DNA of 64,000 bases, from NCBI GenBank assembly GCA_010093705.1, contig MU006097.1, positions 796,298 to 860,297 of the forward strand, in the 5' to 3' direction. This document shows positions 36,946-49,363 of this stretch, piece by piece. The DNA is from Patellaria atrata CBS 101060 (lineage: Eukaryota). Numbering within the stretch: position 1 is the stretch's first letter; every line of letters starts with the position of its first letter. The translations under genes and the position numbers were made by a program. Below the pieces are notes generated by a model. That model saw only the letters and a list, made by a program, of their open reading frames with translations, searched no databases and was not told where the DNA came from.

Positions 36946-39557
36946 TCATATAAACGAGCTAAGATAAGTACCGGTATCTTCAACGCCCTCAAGCCCCATC
37001 CCCAACCCCCCATCCCCCTTATCCACCTCCAAACCCCCAATCCTCCAAATCCTCAACCCCCCATCCTCCGCCGCGACCGCGAGGCCCCTTTCTCCCTTCC
37101 CAGACAGACCCCAACTACCGCCCGGTCTCCACGCCAACGCAGCAACCTGCCTCCTCGGCGCAACTTTCCCATCCACCTCGCACGAGGCCCTGACATCCCT
37201 CCCGGAAGAATCCAACAGCACGACCACCACCTTCCCAGTCTCCAATCCATACGCCAACTCCAGCCCCACCCCACCATCCCCGAAAGCGACAGCTGTGACA
37301 GGAGCATCGGCAGTTATCGTTTTGTTAAGAGCGACCGTTTCACCGTTCAGTTCCCACACCTTGACGCACCTATCCCTCCCCGCGGTAGCAAAGACCCTTC
37401 CACCCTCCAGGGACATAGGGGCCCACGCAGCATCGAGGATCATGCGGGCGTGAGCTTTAGGGTTCGAGGTATGGAGTCTATATCCCCCCTCTTTCTCCCC
37501 CTCCCCCTCCCGTTTAAAAAGCGTCCACATTCGATCCCGTCCCACACTCAACAACCAGCCCCCCTGTTCATCAAACGCCAACCCCGTGACCGTCAACGCG
37601 TGCGCCGCCAACGGGGGCCTAACCTCCCTCCACCCTTCTGTCTCGTAAAGCCTGATGACGGCGTGATCGACGGAGCTGGCCCGACACGCCGTCGCGATCA
37701 CGGCGCCGTCACCACTGCTCGCGACGGCGGAGATCTCGTACCCGTGTCCGTACAGCTTTTCCCGCTCCGGCCAGAGCGTGTGGCGCGCGAGGTGGTCTTC
37801 GAGCGGCGGGTGCGGGATCTCCAGCGTGGACTTGCGCGTCACGGCCGCGGGGTCGGGAACATCTCTATCTCTATCCCTGGCCTCGACCCCGCCGGGGATG
37901 GTGGCGGGAACGACGTGGGCGTCGTCGACGGCTTGGATGGCTTTGTTCGAGAGGCCGAGGACGGGCATGTTGGCCGCGTCGGGGAGGTCTCCATCTTGCT
38001 CGGGCCGGATGTCGCAGAGGCGGGCGAGGAGGGAGGCGAGGGCGGCGGGCTCGTCGAAGACGCGGAGGAGTTTCTCGTCGGCGCCGGAGACGAAGCGGGT
38101 AGAGGTGAGGGGTGCGATGCAGTTGAGGTCGTAGCCGTGGATTTGAGGGCGGGCGAATTCGTGCCATGAGATTGTTTGGGCTCGCTTCCACTGCGCGTGG
38201 AGACGGGTCGTTTGGTCTGCGCTGGTGGTTAGAAGATAGCTTCCCTCAGGTGCCCAGGCGAGGCTTCTGATCTCTTTGGTGTGGCCGCTGATGGCAACGT
38301 GGGGGATCCAACTGTCGGAACTGGCGTCGTGGTTCCATAACCGCCAGCTCCCTGTGCGGCCAAGACTTACTACCGATGTGCCGGAGGGTGACCATAGACC
38401 TGCGTAGAAACCTCCCGTGCTCCCGGTCGCGGTGGTAGAGCCTTTCTGTGCGCTGATTTCGCCGAGTCGAGTCGTGCATATCCATACCCCTGAAGCGGGA
38501 TCGGGTGACCAAAAGGCCAATGAGTTGTCCGCGGACGCGGAGAGGAGTTGGAGTGTGTTGTCCTTGATGTACCATGACACGGAGTAGATCCAATCCTCGT
38601 GGCCCAGGAGGAGGGCTTCGAATGTGATGGAATAGTTCAACCCATCGAGGGTCGAGAAACGGTGGGCTTTGTTGGAGAGTGATTTTCCGATGATCCCCAG
38701 CGAGGGGTCACTTGCGGTGCTGGCGACGGGAAGGTCTTGTCCTTGGTGGAGACGCCAGAGACGGATATATTTGTCTTGACTTGCGGAGGCGAGGAGGAGG
38801 TCGCTCGATTCCGAGTCGTTCTCTCTAGTAATCTCAACAGAGCGAATCCAGCCTTCGTGGCCGGATAAGGTGGCTACGAGCTCGAATTTGTCGTTTTTGC
38901 TGACATAGATCTGGATCGTGGCTTTAGTGCCAGCGACGGCGAGGACCTCTGATCCCGAGCTCAAAGGTGCTACTGCTACGGCAAGGGGGAAGATTCGGGG
39001 AGATAATGAGAGGGTTTGTTTGAGCTCGACATGTATATCAGTTGAAGCATTATTGCGTGTGAGAGACCAGATTTTCACAGTGGCATCAGCAGCTCCTGAG
39101 ACAAAGATATTTGAGTCCGGTAATACGGCAAGACAGTTGATAGAGCCTTCGTGTCCTGTCAAGATTTTCACTTCTCGATAGCCGACTGGTGAGGTCTCAT
39201 CACTACACCAGACTCTGATAGTCTTATCTACAGAACCACTGAGGATGATAGATCCATCAGAGTTGGGAGAGGGAAAGTATTTTACTGCGTTAACGACGTC
39301 GATGTGACCAGTCAGGAGGGATTTAACACCGCAATATGTTGGATCCTTTGTGAGAATTAGCCACACAGTTTCTTAGAGGCCCTTCTTTGGGGTGGGAAGG
39401 GTAAAATAGTTTTATTGTAGCTTACTAGAGGATCCCAAATAGCTACATTATCATCAGCACCAAAAGCAAGCTGCCTCGAACCATCACGGGCCCAATCTGA
39501 TGCTGCGGGATGCCGATTTCCGCCGATACTTATGTACTCGGGTGTTATTTCGACCAT
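36946..39557 (-). CDS. ELP2: Elongator complex subunit 2 (WD40 double propeller)
   Basis: YISIGGNRHP, LSGHEGWIRS, ASQDKYIRLWR, FEALLLGHEDWI, WHEFARPQIHGYD, FVSGADEKLLRVF, TLWPEREKLYGHGYE; one intron at about 39426-39348. Confidence 0.95.
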
Positions 39558-39676
39558 CTCTTTCAATGGTGACTCCTAGCTCTTTCGATATATTCGTTCT
39601 CATTCTACCACTATTTCATTAGACATCCTCATGCAGTAAGACTAAAGTTGAATGTTTGCCGAACCATGAAAACATC

Positions 39677-39720
39677 AAAAAATTTCCTATCCCGCTTAGA
39701 CTCGGCTAAAATTCGATGAG
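39677..39720. promoter_or_regulatory. RRPE-like (AAAAAATTTC) and PAC-like (CGATGAG) elements in the ELP2/URM1 intergenic region
   Basis: aaaaaatttc at 39677-39686 and cgatgag at 39714-39720 resemble the yeast ribosome-biogenesis regulon motifs. Both are short and could occur by chance. Confidence 0.35.
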
Positions 39721-39819
39721 ACCTCGTCAAAGCCTGCCTCCTCAAGTATCAAAAGATCCACAGTATCGCACTCCCAACTACAAACTTCCTCCGCGACACA
39801 AATCCTTTTGACCACAAGA

Positions 39820-40381
39820 ATGGCGTCAGATACGATCTCCATAACTGTCGAATTCACGTACGTCCCCCTGGTCCCTTCCCCCTTTGGCCCCTTCCATACC
39901 CCTTCCAACCCTCCCCACAACCCCCAATACCCCCCTTTTCTCTATTTTAACCACAGAAAGCACAGCGGCGGTCTGGAACTCCTCTTCGGCAATAAGAAAA
40001 AGCATACGGTCTCTCTCCCCGGCGCCTCAAAAACCAAAAACCCAGATATCACGTTCCTCGTGAACCATCTGTGCGAGAACCTCATGCAGGACTCGCGACG
40101 GGAGTTGTTCGTCTTGGATGGTGGAGTGTGAGTACTTCCTTTAAAAGCCCTTTCCCCCTAATCCCCCCATTTCACCACTTACTCACAAAACCGGCCACGG
40201 TGAACCCGACTCATTTGGCGGGTGTTTCATGGGGTGGGGTAGAAGGCTGACTGGGGGGGTTAGGCGACCAGGAATTCTGGTGTTGATTAATGATGCGGAT
40301 TGGGAATTGGAAGGGGAGGAGAAGTACGAGTTGCAGAGCGGCGATCACGTTTTGTTCGTGAGTACGTTGCACGGGGGTTGA
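39820..40381 (+). CDS. URM1: Ubiquitin-related modifier 1 (sulfur carrier for tRNA U34 thiolation)
   Basis: ITVEFT|GGLELLF...[46 protein letters not shown]; introns 39858-39965 and about 40128-40263. Confidence 0.96.
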
Positions 40382-40715
40382 GAGTTGAGTTTACTTTAGA
40401 CGAGCGATGAAAGATCAGTGATACCCCTTAATACAGTGCAAGCCTATTCACGAAGAATTTAACCCTGATGCTGCCACTGATGATATCTAGTAATGGTTCA
40501 TGTGGAGAACTAAATGCAGTAGTATATACAAAGAATACATCATTAAGATTCGAGACAAAGGATTGGTTGATCCGATGCATCGTCTTCTAGATCTGAATGT
40601 GACGAGTATATCCCAAACGCCGTCTAGATGCTATGTTCCTCAGACACCCTTGCAGGTCGAATGAACTGGGACTCTGAAGATTTGGAAATCGGTAAAAATC
40701 TCTAATTAGCGTTCT

Positions 40716-42477
40716 CTAATCATCGAACTCATCCTCATCTATTTCCTCAGCTACCTTTCTCTTTGCCTCCTCACCCATCTCCTTATACGTAGCGTAACTA
40801 AGGAGAGCAAAAGCAGCAATGATAAGCAAACCACCCGCGAGAGCGGCAGGGGTAAGAGGAGTTTTCAATGGGGGAGGAAGTATCTGGTCTATGATGGCAA
40901 CGATAAAGATGGTGAGAAGTGCAGCTACAGATGAGAGGACGGGTGACGTCAAACTCATGAGGACGAGGAAGGAGCCGGAGAAGACTAAGTGACGTTAATG
41001 AATTGAAGGGTGAGTATGGCCCGCGGAGGGAACTTACTTGCGTTCGCCGACACGCTTATAGCCATCATCCACGCAGCCTCACCTCGTGGAAGCTCAAAAG
41101 TCTCCCAACCCATGAAATGGAGTATCGGTAGAGGGATCCATAGTACAAGCAGCGTAAAAGATCCAATCATACTTCCAAACGTATTGGCGAAGATCATTCC
41201 GCGCCCAGGACTAGTGCCATCTGGAGGACAAGCAAATCTCTTATACAACACCTCGTATAACCCATAAAGAACACTACCCACACCGATGATGAGGTTCCCA
41301 AGTGGTCGATCACGTGCGTTTGACGGATCAGGGGCCATGTCACCACCAGCTCCACCACCTGACTTGCTGCCGTGTTTTGAAGGTGACTGGTCACCGTATG
41401 CTACTATAAGCACGCCGATGATAGCCACAATAACTGCGAAGACTTTTGAAAACCGTACTTTCTCGTGGAGCAGAGGGATACTGAATGCGTAGGCGAAGAA
41501 TGCGGAACAATTATAAATAGCTGTAAGGTCGCTCGCGGTTGTGAGATCTACGGCTACATACCAGCTCCCACCTGCAACTGTAAGAGCACAGGTGATCATT
41601 GCGGTCATCCTGAGCATGTATGGTACGGGAGACCTCTTTGAGGCGATTGCTGATTGATGTGGTACCCGCTGCTCCACCATTTGAGCGGTTTGACGGAGTA
41701 GTTTAATATGTCTCCGCCAAAATACTTCCCACGGCTCATGCCATCTCTGCAATCGTAGGATCAGGAGCTGCGTTGGCCAAAGCAGAGTCCAAGAGCCATG
41801 GGTAAAGTATCTGGAGGTGGAGTAGATTAGCATAAAGTCCTGTTATAGTATAATTCAAAAGTTCCAATAAAAAAAAAAAGCCCTCGTAAATGCCTGCAAA
41901 ATGTAACTTACAGCATACAATACGCCTTATTCCATTTCAAGTTATGCTGGATGTAGACAGCCGTTTCCGTCTGAACTGCGAAAGATATTAAACTGAGTAC
42001 TAGGAACCCCGCAGCATATGTATATCTCTTGCGGTTTGCAGCCTTTGCTTCTGCAATAGAATGTATCTCCCCAAGTGTCGAGTGCCTGCTCAGGGGTGGT
42101 CGGGACTCCGCCTTCGACCCAAGCAAAGGTTGTTGTGATCGTTTTGAATACATGTCCGGTCTTAAATCTGACGGCATGTCCTTGTCTTCCTCCTTCCAGT
42201 CCTCGGAGTCGAGGTCACTGTTAGAGTCCTCCTCTTGCTGCCCTGAAGGTCCTTCACCGTTGTCCGGAGAGCATCTGATAGGATTCTGGACAGTTACGAA
42301 AGGGGATGGTGTCCGGGATTGTTGTCGGGAAGAAGGGTGAGATATATGAACCGGAGAGCTGAGGGGTTCTGAGGAAGTATCTTCCTGTGTGAGGTCTTTA
42401 TTTGGCGGATTCAAGTATTGTGCAGAGGTCTTTGAAAGTGTGGACAAGGGGATTGAAGGTTGGGGCTTATTAGGCAT
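40716..42477 (-). CDS. EamA/DMT-family (SLC35F-like) membrane transporter
   Basis: Acidic N-terminal tail then multiple TM helices; SFAVQTE, THGSW, TAIYNCSAFFAY, LTSPVLSSVAALLTI; introns at about 41910-41811 and 41037-40985. Start codon uncertain. Confidence 0.82.
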
Positions 42478-43602
42478 GCAAGCGGATCAGGAGGTTTATA
42501 CGGAGAGCCACGGGGATATGTGGCCCTGGGTTGGAGCTGTACAGGCGAAGGATTGGTATTGGAAGACTGAAACTCGTAATGCATGCGGATGTTTCTTAGA
42601 CAATCAGGTCTTTCGGTGTTTCTCGTTTCTCCAGCTGACATGTGTAGGAGGCACGGGGGTTGTCCGTACCTTTTGGCTGCAGGCTTGGTGTTCAGATGTA
42701 CGGCTATCGGCACACGCGCCAACCTTTGATCAAAGCATTCAGGGCACACATCAGGTTCCGCCCGGCTATCCTTCCGATTCCTCCTTTTCAGGCACTATAT
42801 TGATTGTTAAGTAGAGAAGCAAAGTCAACTCAGTTAACGGTATAGGCACTTGCTTGCTGTTCTCAAACTCTTTCATGCTTCCTCGTCTAGGTCTTCTACA
42901 TCCGATATAGCGACGACACCTAATCCCCACGCGAGCTGAGACTTCCTTTAGGTTGCCTCATGCTACATGTGACCTTGATAGTTTAAAAACACTCATGGTT
43001 AACCGGTTCAGGAAAAAGAATTCATCAGGGCATAATGCTGTTAGGGTACTCCAGCCGATTTCTAGGCTGCAGCAATCAAGGCATCATAAACCATCTCAGT
43101 TTAGAGACGATGCCCTGATTCTGGGTACCATGCATTCTTGTATCTTCATCGGATATCAACATATAATCCCGACGCGAAGCCGTGCGGGGGAGAACCGTTT
43201 AGGTAGACAATTCAATCAATGTAGTGCTTCTAGCGATCTAGAATCATTGGAATACTATGGCGGAGATTCTGGGTGATAAGAAATCCTTATATCAAGTATC
43301 TAGCACTTGTCGGATTCCGAAAATTGGCAAACTGAAAGTCACCACGCCCTTTGTACATTTTCCGTACAGGGGGAGCTACCTTACCTTTAACTACTTGTGC
43401 ATATACCTCAGAATTGACTTCATAAGCCCATCTGTGCCGAAATTCAAGCAGAGACGGGAGCTCCAGGTACCTCAGTAAAGTATACAATATCTTCCAAGAA
43501 TCATTCGTCACTCTGCTGAATATCTATCTTCTAAAGTCCTCAACTTTACTCGATACTTACCGTACCTTCACAACCCGCTATAATCTAAAATCTCAAGAAG
43601 CA

Positions 43603-44844
43603 ATGCCTCTCGTAGTGCAACGTCTAAAACCGAGAATCATCCTCGGATGCATGACCTTTGGGTAAGTTTTGACATACAACCATCACCGGAGCGAATCGGT
43701 ACTGAGGGATATCCAACAGACCTGATAAAGAGGGAGGTGCAACAGTCAATTTACTCGATGACTATAAAAAGATTCTCGATGTATTCCAATCTCAAGGTTA
43801 CAACGAGATCGATACGGCCAGGACCTATGTCAATGGAAAACAAGAAGCTTTTACCGCCGCAGCTGGCTGGAAAGATAGGGGTTTGACCATCGCTACGAAG
43901 AGTTATCCTAGTACGCCGGGAATCCACAAGAAAGAGGTCATCACCGAGCAGATCAATACGAGTCTGAAGGAATTGCAGACTGATACTGTTGATATCTTCT
44001 ATCTTCATGCTGCGGATAGGAGTGTTCCCGTAAGTAACACATACATCAGTAACTCAAATCCTACGATCTTCCCCCTATTTAATAACTTTTCCATAAAGAA
44101 CTCATCATATCAATTCCCCATTTGGCCTTATGGCATCTGATAACAAACTCACTGAATTTAACCTAGTTTACGGAAACTCTGGAGGTAGTGAATGAATTTC
44201 ACAAGGAAGGCAAATTCGTTCAATTAGGTCTGAGCAACTACACTGCCTTCGAGGTTGCCGAAATAGTCATCACTTGCAAAGAGCGTGGATGGGTCCGACC
44301 AACGATCTATCAAGCGATGTACAACGCTATTACACGTTCGATTGAACCAGAACTGATCCCAGCATGTCGCCGCTACGGCTTAGAGATCGTCATCTACAAT
44401 CCCCTTGCCGGTGGTATCTTCTCCGGAAAATATAAAGTCAACCAGGCACCGTCCGAGGGCCGCTTCAGCGATAGTCTTGGAGCATTGGGGAAACGCTACC
44501 GCGACCGTTACTTCCGCGACAGTACCTTCGCAGCTCTTGAGATTATCGAGCCAGTCGTAAAGAAGAACGGCCTTACCTTACTCGAAACCGCCTTCCGATG
44601 GGTAATGCACCATTCAGCACTCAATGTGAAAGATGGGAACGATGGTATCATCATTGGTGTGAGTTCTTTGGCACAGCTAGAGGGTAACCTAAACGACTTG
44701 GAGAAAGGACCATTGCCTGAGGAGGTGGTGAAAGCGCTTGATGATGCATGGTTGATAAACAAGGCGACAGCGCCCCCTTACTGGCACTTAGAGCTCAAGT
44801 ATACGTATGATACCCGAAAGGAGTTATTCGGCTTGGGAGGTTAG
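43603..44844 (+). CDS. Aldo-keto reductase, aflatoxin B1 aldehyde reductase (AKR7)-like
   Basis: ILGCMTFG, EIDTARTY, ATK, DIFYLHA, LGLSNY, PTIYQAMYNAITR, YNPLAGG, RWVMHHS; introns at about 43662-43719 and 44030-44167. Confidence 0.9.
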
Positions 44845-45004
44845 GCGACACAGACGACTAGTCGGATATCGAGACGATGTCGACAGATGTCTGAATGCTA
44901 ACCAGCTTCATCTAGATGTACATGACGTCCCATGTATAAGTATCTACACAAATATTAAGTCATTACCCAAATTTCATTCTTGAACGCACCTCATTAGGTA
45001 CCTC

Positions 45005-45853
45005 CTACATAACCGTACAACATCCCCTAAGTGCCTTAAATAACTTCGGCAGCAACTTCTGCTCCACTCCTCCAAGCCCATCGTGCTGTCCTTGTTGCTG
45101 ATGATGCCCACCACCACCATGATGCGGCTCCTGATGACCCGGATACCCCTGCTGCCCGCCATGATGCTGCGATGGAATATGTACCTGTCCACCCTGAAGG
45201 TTGATATGAATTCTCCCCACATTATCCTCCGTCATATACTGCAGCCCTAACTCCCGACACATCCGTTCAACAGCCGGTTTGAGCTTCTGGACATGGTTGG
45301 CCGAATGATTGCCCTTCCCCACAATCCTACATCGCAAAGTCAGCTCCAACCCCCTCTATCCTTCCAACCCAACCCCAAACCACGCCCACGAAAACTCACA
45401 CATGCAACCCCTCCTGCCCCGCTCCCCTCGCCGCCCTAATCCTACTCTCCAGCACCGCCTCCGCCTCCTCGACAAAGAGCCCATGCAAATCGATCTCGTC
45501 CCCCCTCACCCTCCCCTCGGCGTTGTTCTCACGGAAGATAAACTCCGCCGCCTGTCTGTTGCAGTCATCCATCTTAGCCGCGTGGCGCTTGCCTTGCTCA
45601 GAGAGGGCGTGGGCCGCAGCGCCGTCGCCGCGCTCGTACGCCGAGTGCGCTTTGTCGAAGCATTGTTGGCGCTTTGAAGCTTCTTGGCTAGCGAGGGAGC
45701 GTAGGCGGTCGTATTCGGCTTCTGCGCGCTGGGATTGGGTGTGGTTGAATGCTGGGGGGTTGTCAGTGGTGCGGAGGGAGGTGGAGGAGGATGGGGTTTG
45801 GGGGGAATGGGATTGGTACCGCGGCCGCCGAGTTGGGTAAGGGGGTAGGACAT
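45005..45853 (-). CDS. DUF1771 + Smr-domain protein (Ypl199c-like putative endonuclease)
   Basis: AEAEYDRLRSLA...AYERGDGAAAHALSEQGK...IFRENN...IDLHGLFVEEA...LHV|IVGKGNHS; introns at about 45819-45752 and 45399-45327; ends CCTVM (CaaX-like). Confidence 0.87.
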
Positions 45854-46539
45854 TTGGGATTTAGATATCCAAGGAGTATAATTGTTCGATAGTATGTGAG
45901 ACGGTAATGACTGCGAATACCCGGATGTTATGATGTAAAGATAGACACGAGGTGTCGACGTGTTTGAAGTCTTGGCAGATTCGCGAGCACGTGTACCTAG
46001 TCGCGCTTGAGTTAGTCTAAGCTTGGCGTAGACGGTGGATCAGGTATCTTGTCCATTCAATAATGATTCGACGACTACAATATCCATCTACGAGATAAAA
46101 GAACGGCTCGTGAATTGTGAGTCGCAGCGGAATAGGTCACCTAGTCAGCTCTCAGAGTTTTACCGCCATAGACTATTCGATAGCTCTCATTATCCATTCC
46201 TTCACGATTCAGGGGAGAATTACGAATACAACAGTACTTCGGTCAACTACATATCATATCTCCAAGAAGACTCTGCATTGATAGAAAAATGATCAGTCTC
46301 AATGCTAAATACTTATTCGTTCGACAAGCCACCATTAATAGAAGGCTAAACTCTGCTCTACATACGCGCCCGGAGCTATGCGTCAGTCAGGCAAGCATCT
46401 TCCGTTGTGCCGCTATCATTGGGGGCCAAGCGCTTCCTACCCCCTAAGTAAAATCAACATGGAGCTTTTATAAGGTATGTAGCACAGCATTCGAGAATAA
46501 TGTTGTATTTTTAAGTTCCATTGTACTTTGCCCCTTACC

Positions 46540-47686
46540 ATGCCACCGGAGCGGCGCGTCGGCTATACGATCAACGACGGCGGCAGAGGTACGCTGGACC
46601 TACTATTAAGCTGTCTGGTAACTGTTATTCTTTGCACGTGGACAGTACAACGGTTACAGGTGGTACCGTGGTGTAATTCCCGCACCATCATATTCAAGAA
46701 GAAGGCATTCTGGATGCTGATTACCCTTCTTAGCCTAGAATACGTGACGTGAGTTGCATTCCAGCAATGGCAGCGAGCACGCAGATATCGCGAGCTTGCT
46801 CGCATGGAGAAGACGGGATGGACAATAAAACATGGGTTTTATGTGGATATGGGCGGGTTGAAGGTGGTATTAGCAGGGAGAGATGTAGAGATATTCAAGA
46901 AGGAGAACACTGATATCGAGAGATGTGATGATGGAGTCTATCTGACCATAAGATTGGAGGATCTGATTTTTCTGGTTGAGGCGGACCTGATACCGCTTCC
47001 TAACATCGATATCCATGATCTGGAAGAGCGGAGCAAGAACGATATATTCGCTAGAGTCGTAACGTTGATCCAGGTTCTCTATTTTCTAGTGTATTCTTTC
47101 GGACGTCTGGGTTCAGGGCTTCCGATATCCACATTGGAATTGTCTACTCTAGCTTTCATATGCTGTGCGGCCTTTATCGAGTACTTCTGGTGGAATAAAC
47201 CATTGGACCTTCGATCCGCTACGGTCATAACAGTGGCCCCAGACAAACGGGAACGCTTTGTCTCGATCTTTTCGGAATTACGTTTCAACACTCCTGAACA
47301 AGACCTCTCAGAACAGGTTGACCTCAAGCTATTCTTCGACCGCATCCTTGAGGGAGACGAGTCCAGTAAAATTGCGGTGCATGCCGTATGGATAGGATGC
47401 ATTTTCAATGGTATCCACATCTCTGCGTGGAATTATTCCTTCGCGTCAGATACGGAACGTCTCCTTTGGCATATAGCCAGTGTCAGTGCTTGTGGCATGT
47501 GTTCTGATGTGGGCAGCTACATTCATCCGCCCGAAGATAGTTGGACTTATCCTTGCCGGGCTATCTGCTTTCGTCTACGATCTTTGCCGTATGTATCTTA
47601 TGGTAGAATCTTTTGTTGGCCTGCGTTCGGTTCCAGAGGCGTTGTATAACTCTGCTCCATGGCAAAATGCTTTACCTGGAAATTAA
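46540..47686 (+). pseudogene. Disrupted fungal multi-pass membrane protein (in-frame stop plus frameshift)
   Basis: Family-like motifs RGTLDLLLSCL..CTW, A.QQW..AR, HGFYVDMGG, WWNKPLD, F.GIH..AWN, R..L.VESF..LR.P..Y...W are split by TGA at 46750-46752 and a +1 frame change near 47480-47500. Confidence 0.75.
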
Positions 47687-47863
47687 TGGAGTCGTGGTGG
47701 CCTTTACGAGTAAAACGTGAAACTAAGGTATGTAGTTCTCAAAATAGTCTATTGATTCTAATATTCTAAGTTATGCACAAAGGTTCCTTCCGGTACATAC
47801 CATCTTAAGGGGTACTGTAGCGATAATCCAAGGTGAAAGGGGTGCAAATCCGACGTAGATACA

Positions 47864-49363
47864 CTACCAACACCAAAATCTCCTATCCTCACTGAACCCG
47901 AGGCCACGGAAGAAACTCACAGGTACAGGCTCGAACATCCACATACCACCACTCGTCAAATCGTCCGCAAAGAGGCCAGCGAATGCCCAAAGCCAGAGAA
48001 TGGTGAAAAAGAAGTTCGAAATTTGACGGACGTGTAACTGGTAGCGCCCTAATGAGAAAAAGAGTTGTGAAGAGCAGAAAAGATAGGAACAGGTGCTCTG
48101 AATGGCCATACCGAAAGGCTGAAGTGCGAAAAATAGAAAGGATACCGAAGGCCTGGAAGATCCTAGCAAGGTATAACTTCCACAGGCGTGCAAAACTCCA
48201 CTGAGAAGGAAAACGACTACTACTCGTATAGCTGCTTCCGCGCTAGATTGGTTATGACGATCAGTCTCCTTAACTTTATCCTGACGGCTATTTGAGTTCA
48301 CATGGACATTTCTAAGCAACCCTTGCGCTATAGCATCCCCGATGCTTACAAAATGCATCCTTAACATTTGATGCCATGTGTCTCCCCAGAAGCCACGTAG
48401 CCCTTTGCGCAGAATAGCATGGGGGCTCCCCCAAATTGGCGGGAATGTTGCAGGTGAGGCGTTTAGTCCAAGAATATTAGGGCCCAAAATGTTGACTTGC
48501 AATAGAACCGTAGTCGAGTATTCCAAATCGATAGCACTGTACCCTCCTAGTGTCGCGAGGAGCATGCGATAGGTGTATAACCCTAAGGGGGACGCTATAT
48601 ATCGCGCTATATGCGGTGGTGGCGTCCGAATAGGATAATGCGTGAAATAAAGGTCTGCGATCATAAGAGATTTTACCGCGTCGAGGACAATATAACCTAT
48701 CAGAAAGCGGGATAAATTGCGGAATAACGTTGTCGTCTGGCCCAAGGAGACGTTGGACAGAAGTAGAGGGTGTGAGGACGGGGGTGGACTCTTCCAAGAC
48801 CAGTGAACTCCTCGAAAGCAGGTTATCAGATCGAATACCCAGGCTAACCTGCGCAAAGTCTCTCGGGGCATGGGTTCCCATTCAAGGCCAGGTCTGTTCT
48901 GCATGTTGTGGTATCTTTTACCGGCTTGTTTCGAGCGTATATGCTCCTTTGCTTCATTCCCATCAGCGAGCTGTTTCTGATTGATTTGTCCGTTTGTACT
49001 GTTCATCCTTTGTTGCGGCCGCAGTATTAGCCTTTTAAATGATCTAGGATCGTGTAAAAGTAGAAAGTTAACGGCCATTACGGTGCACAGGACAGAATTC
49101 AAACCAGTCCCTATACTACCAGTGACACCAGGGGCGCGGACAAATAAGAGATTCCAAATCGAAGAGAACGCAATGGCTATGAAGACTATCCAGCGACCTC
49201 TTTGGAACGAGGATTCTGATACTGATTGACATACCATCAACCAGCCAATGAGTAGTATAATATTTAAGGAACTCAGGGGAAAGGAAGGAGGTGTAAAGTT
49301 TCCGGCTTGCAGGGCCGACAAATAGTCATTTTGTACCCTTTGCTCTGCTGTGACGTAGGACAT
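47864..49363 (-). CDS. Membrane-bound O-acyltransferase (wax synthase / MBOAT_2, TRI7-like), intronless
   Basis: Hydrophobic helices; FRGVHWSW, FPPIWGSP, LRGFWGDTWHQMLR, FLLSGVLHA (catalytic His), FFALQP, EPVPVS. Confidence 0.85.
   Translation of the reverse strand: MSYVTAEQRVQNDYLSALQAGNFTPPSFPLSSLNIILLIGWLMVCQSVSESSFQRGRWIVFIAIAFSSIWNLLFVRAPGVTGSIGTGLNSVLCTVMAVNFLLLHDPRSFKRLILRPQQRMNSTNGQINQKQLADGNEAKEHIRSKQAGKRYHNMQNRPGLEWEPMPRETLRRLAWVFDLITCFRGVHWSWKSPPPSSHPLLLSNVSLGQTTTLFRNLSRFLIGYIVLDAVKSLMIADLYFTHYPIRTPPPHIARYIASPLGLYTYRMLLATLGGYSAIDLEYSTTVLLQVNILGPNILGLNASPATFPPIWGSPHAILRKGLRGFWGDTWHQMLRMHFVSIGDAIAQGLLRNVHVNSNSRQDKVKETDRHNQSSAEAAIRVVVVFLLSGVLHACGSYTLLGSSRPSVSFLFFALQPFGMAIQSTCSYLFCSSQLFFSLGRYQLHVRQISNFFFTILWLWAFAGLFADDLTSGGMWMFEPVPVSFFRGLGFSEDRRFWCW

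Noticed and set aside
36907..38169. 420-aa plus-strand ORF antisense to ELP2
   Set aside because: Shadow ORF expected from the GC-rich, codon-biased ELP2 3' half; no recognisable motif.
42478..43600. TPP riboswitch upstream of the EamA (Thi74-like) transporter
   Set aside because: CTGAGA occurs, but the CTTGATC-GGATAATACC-GCG core is absent on both strands.
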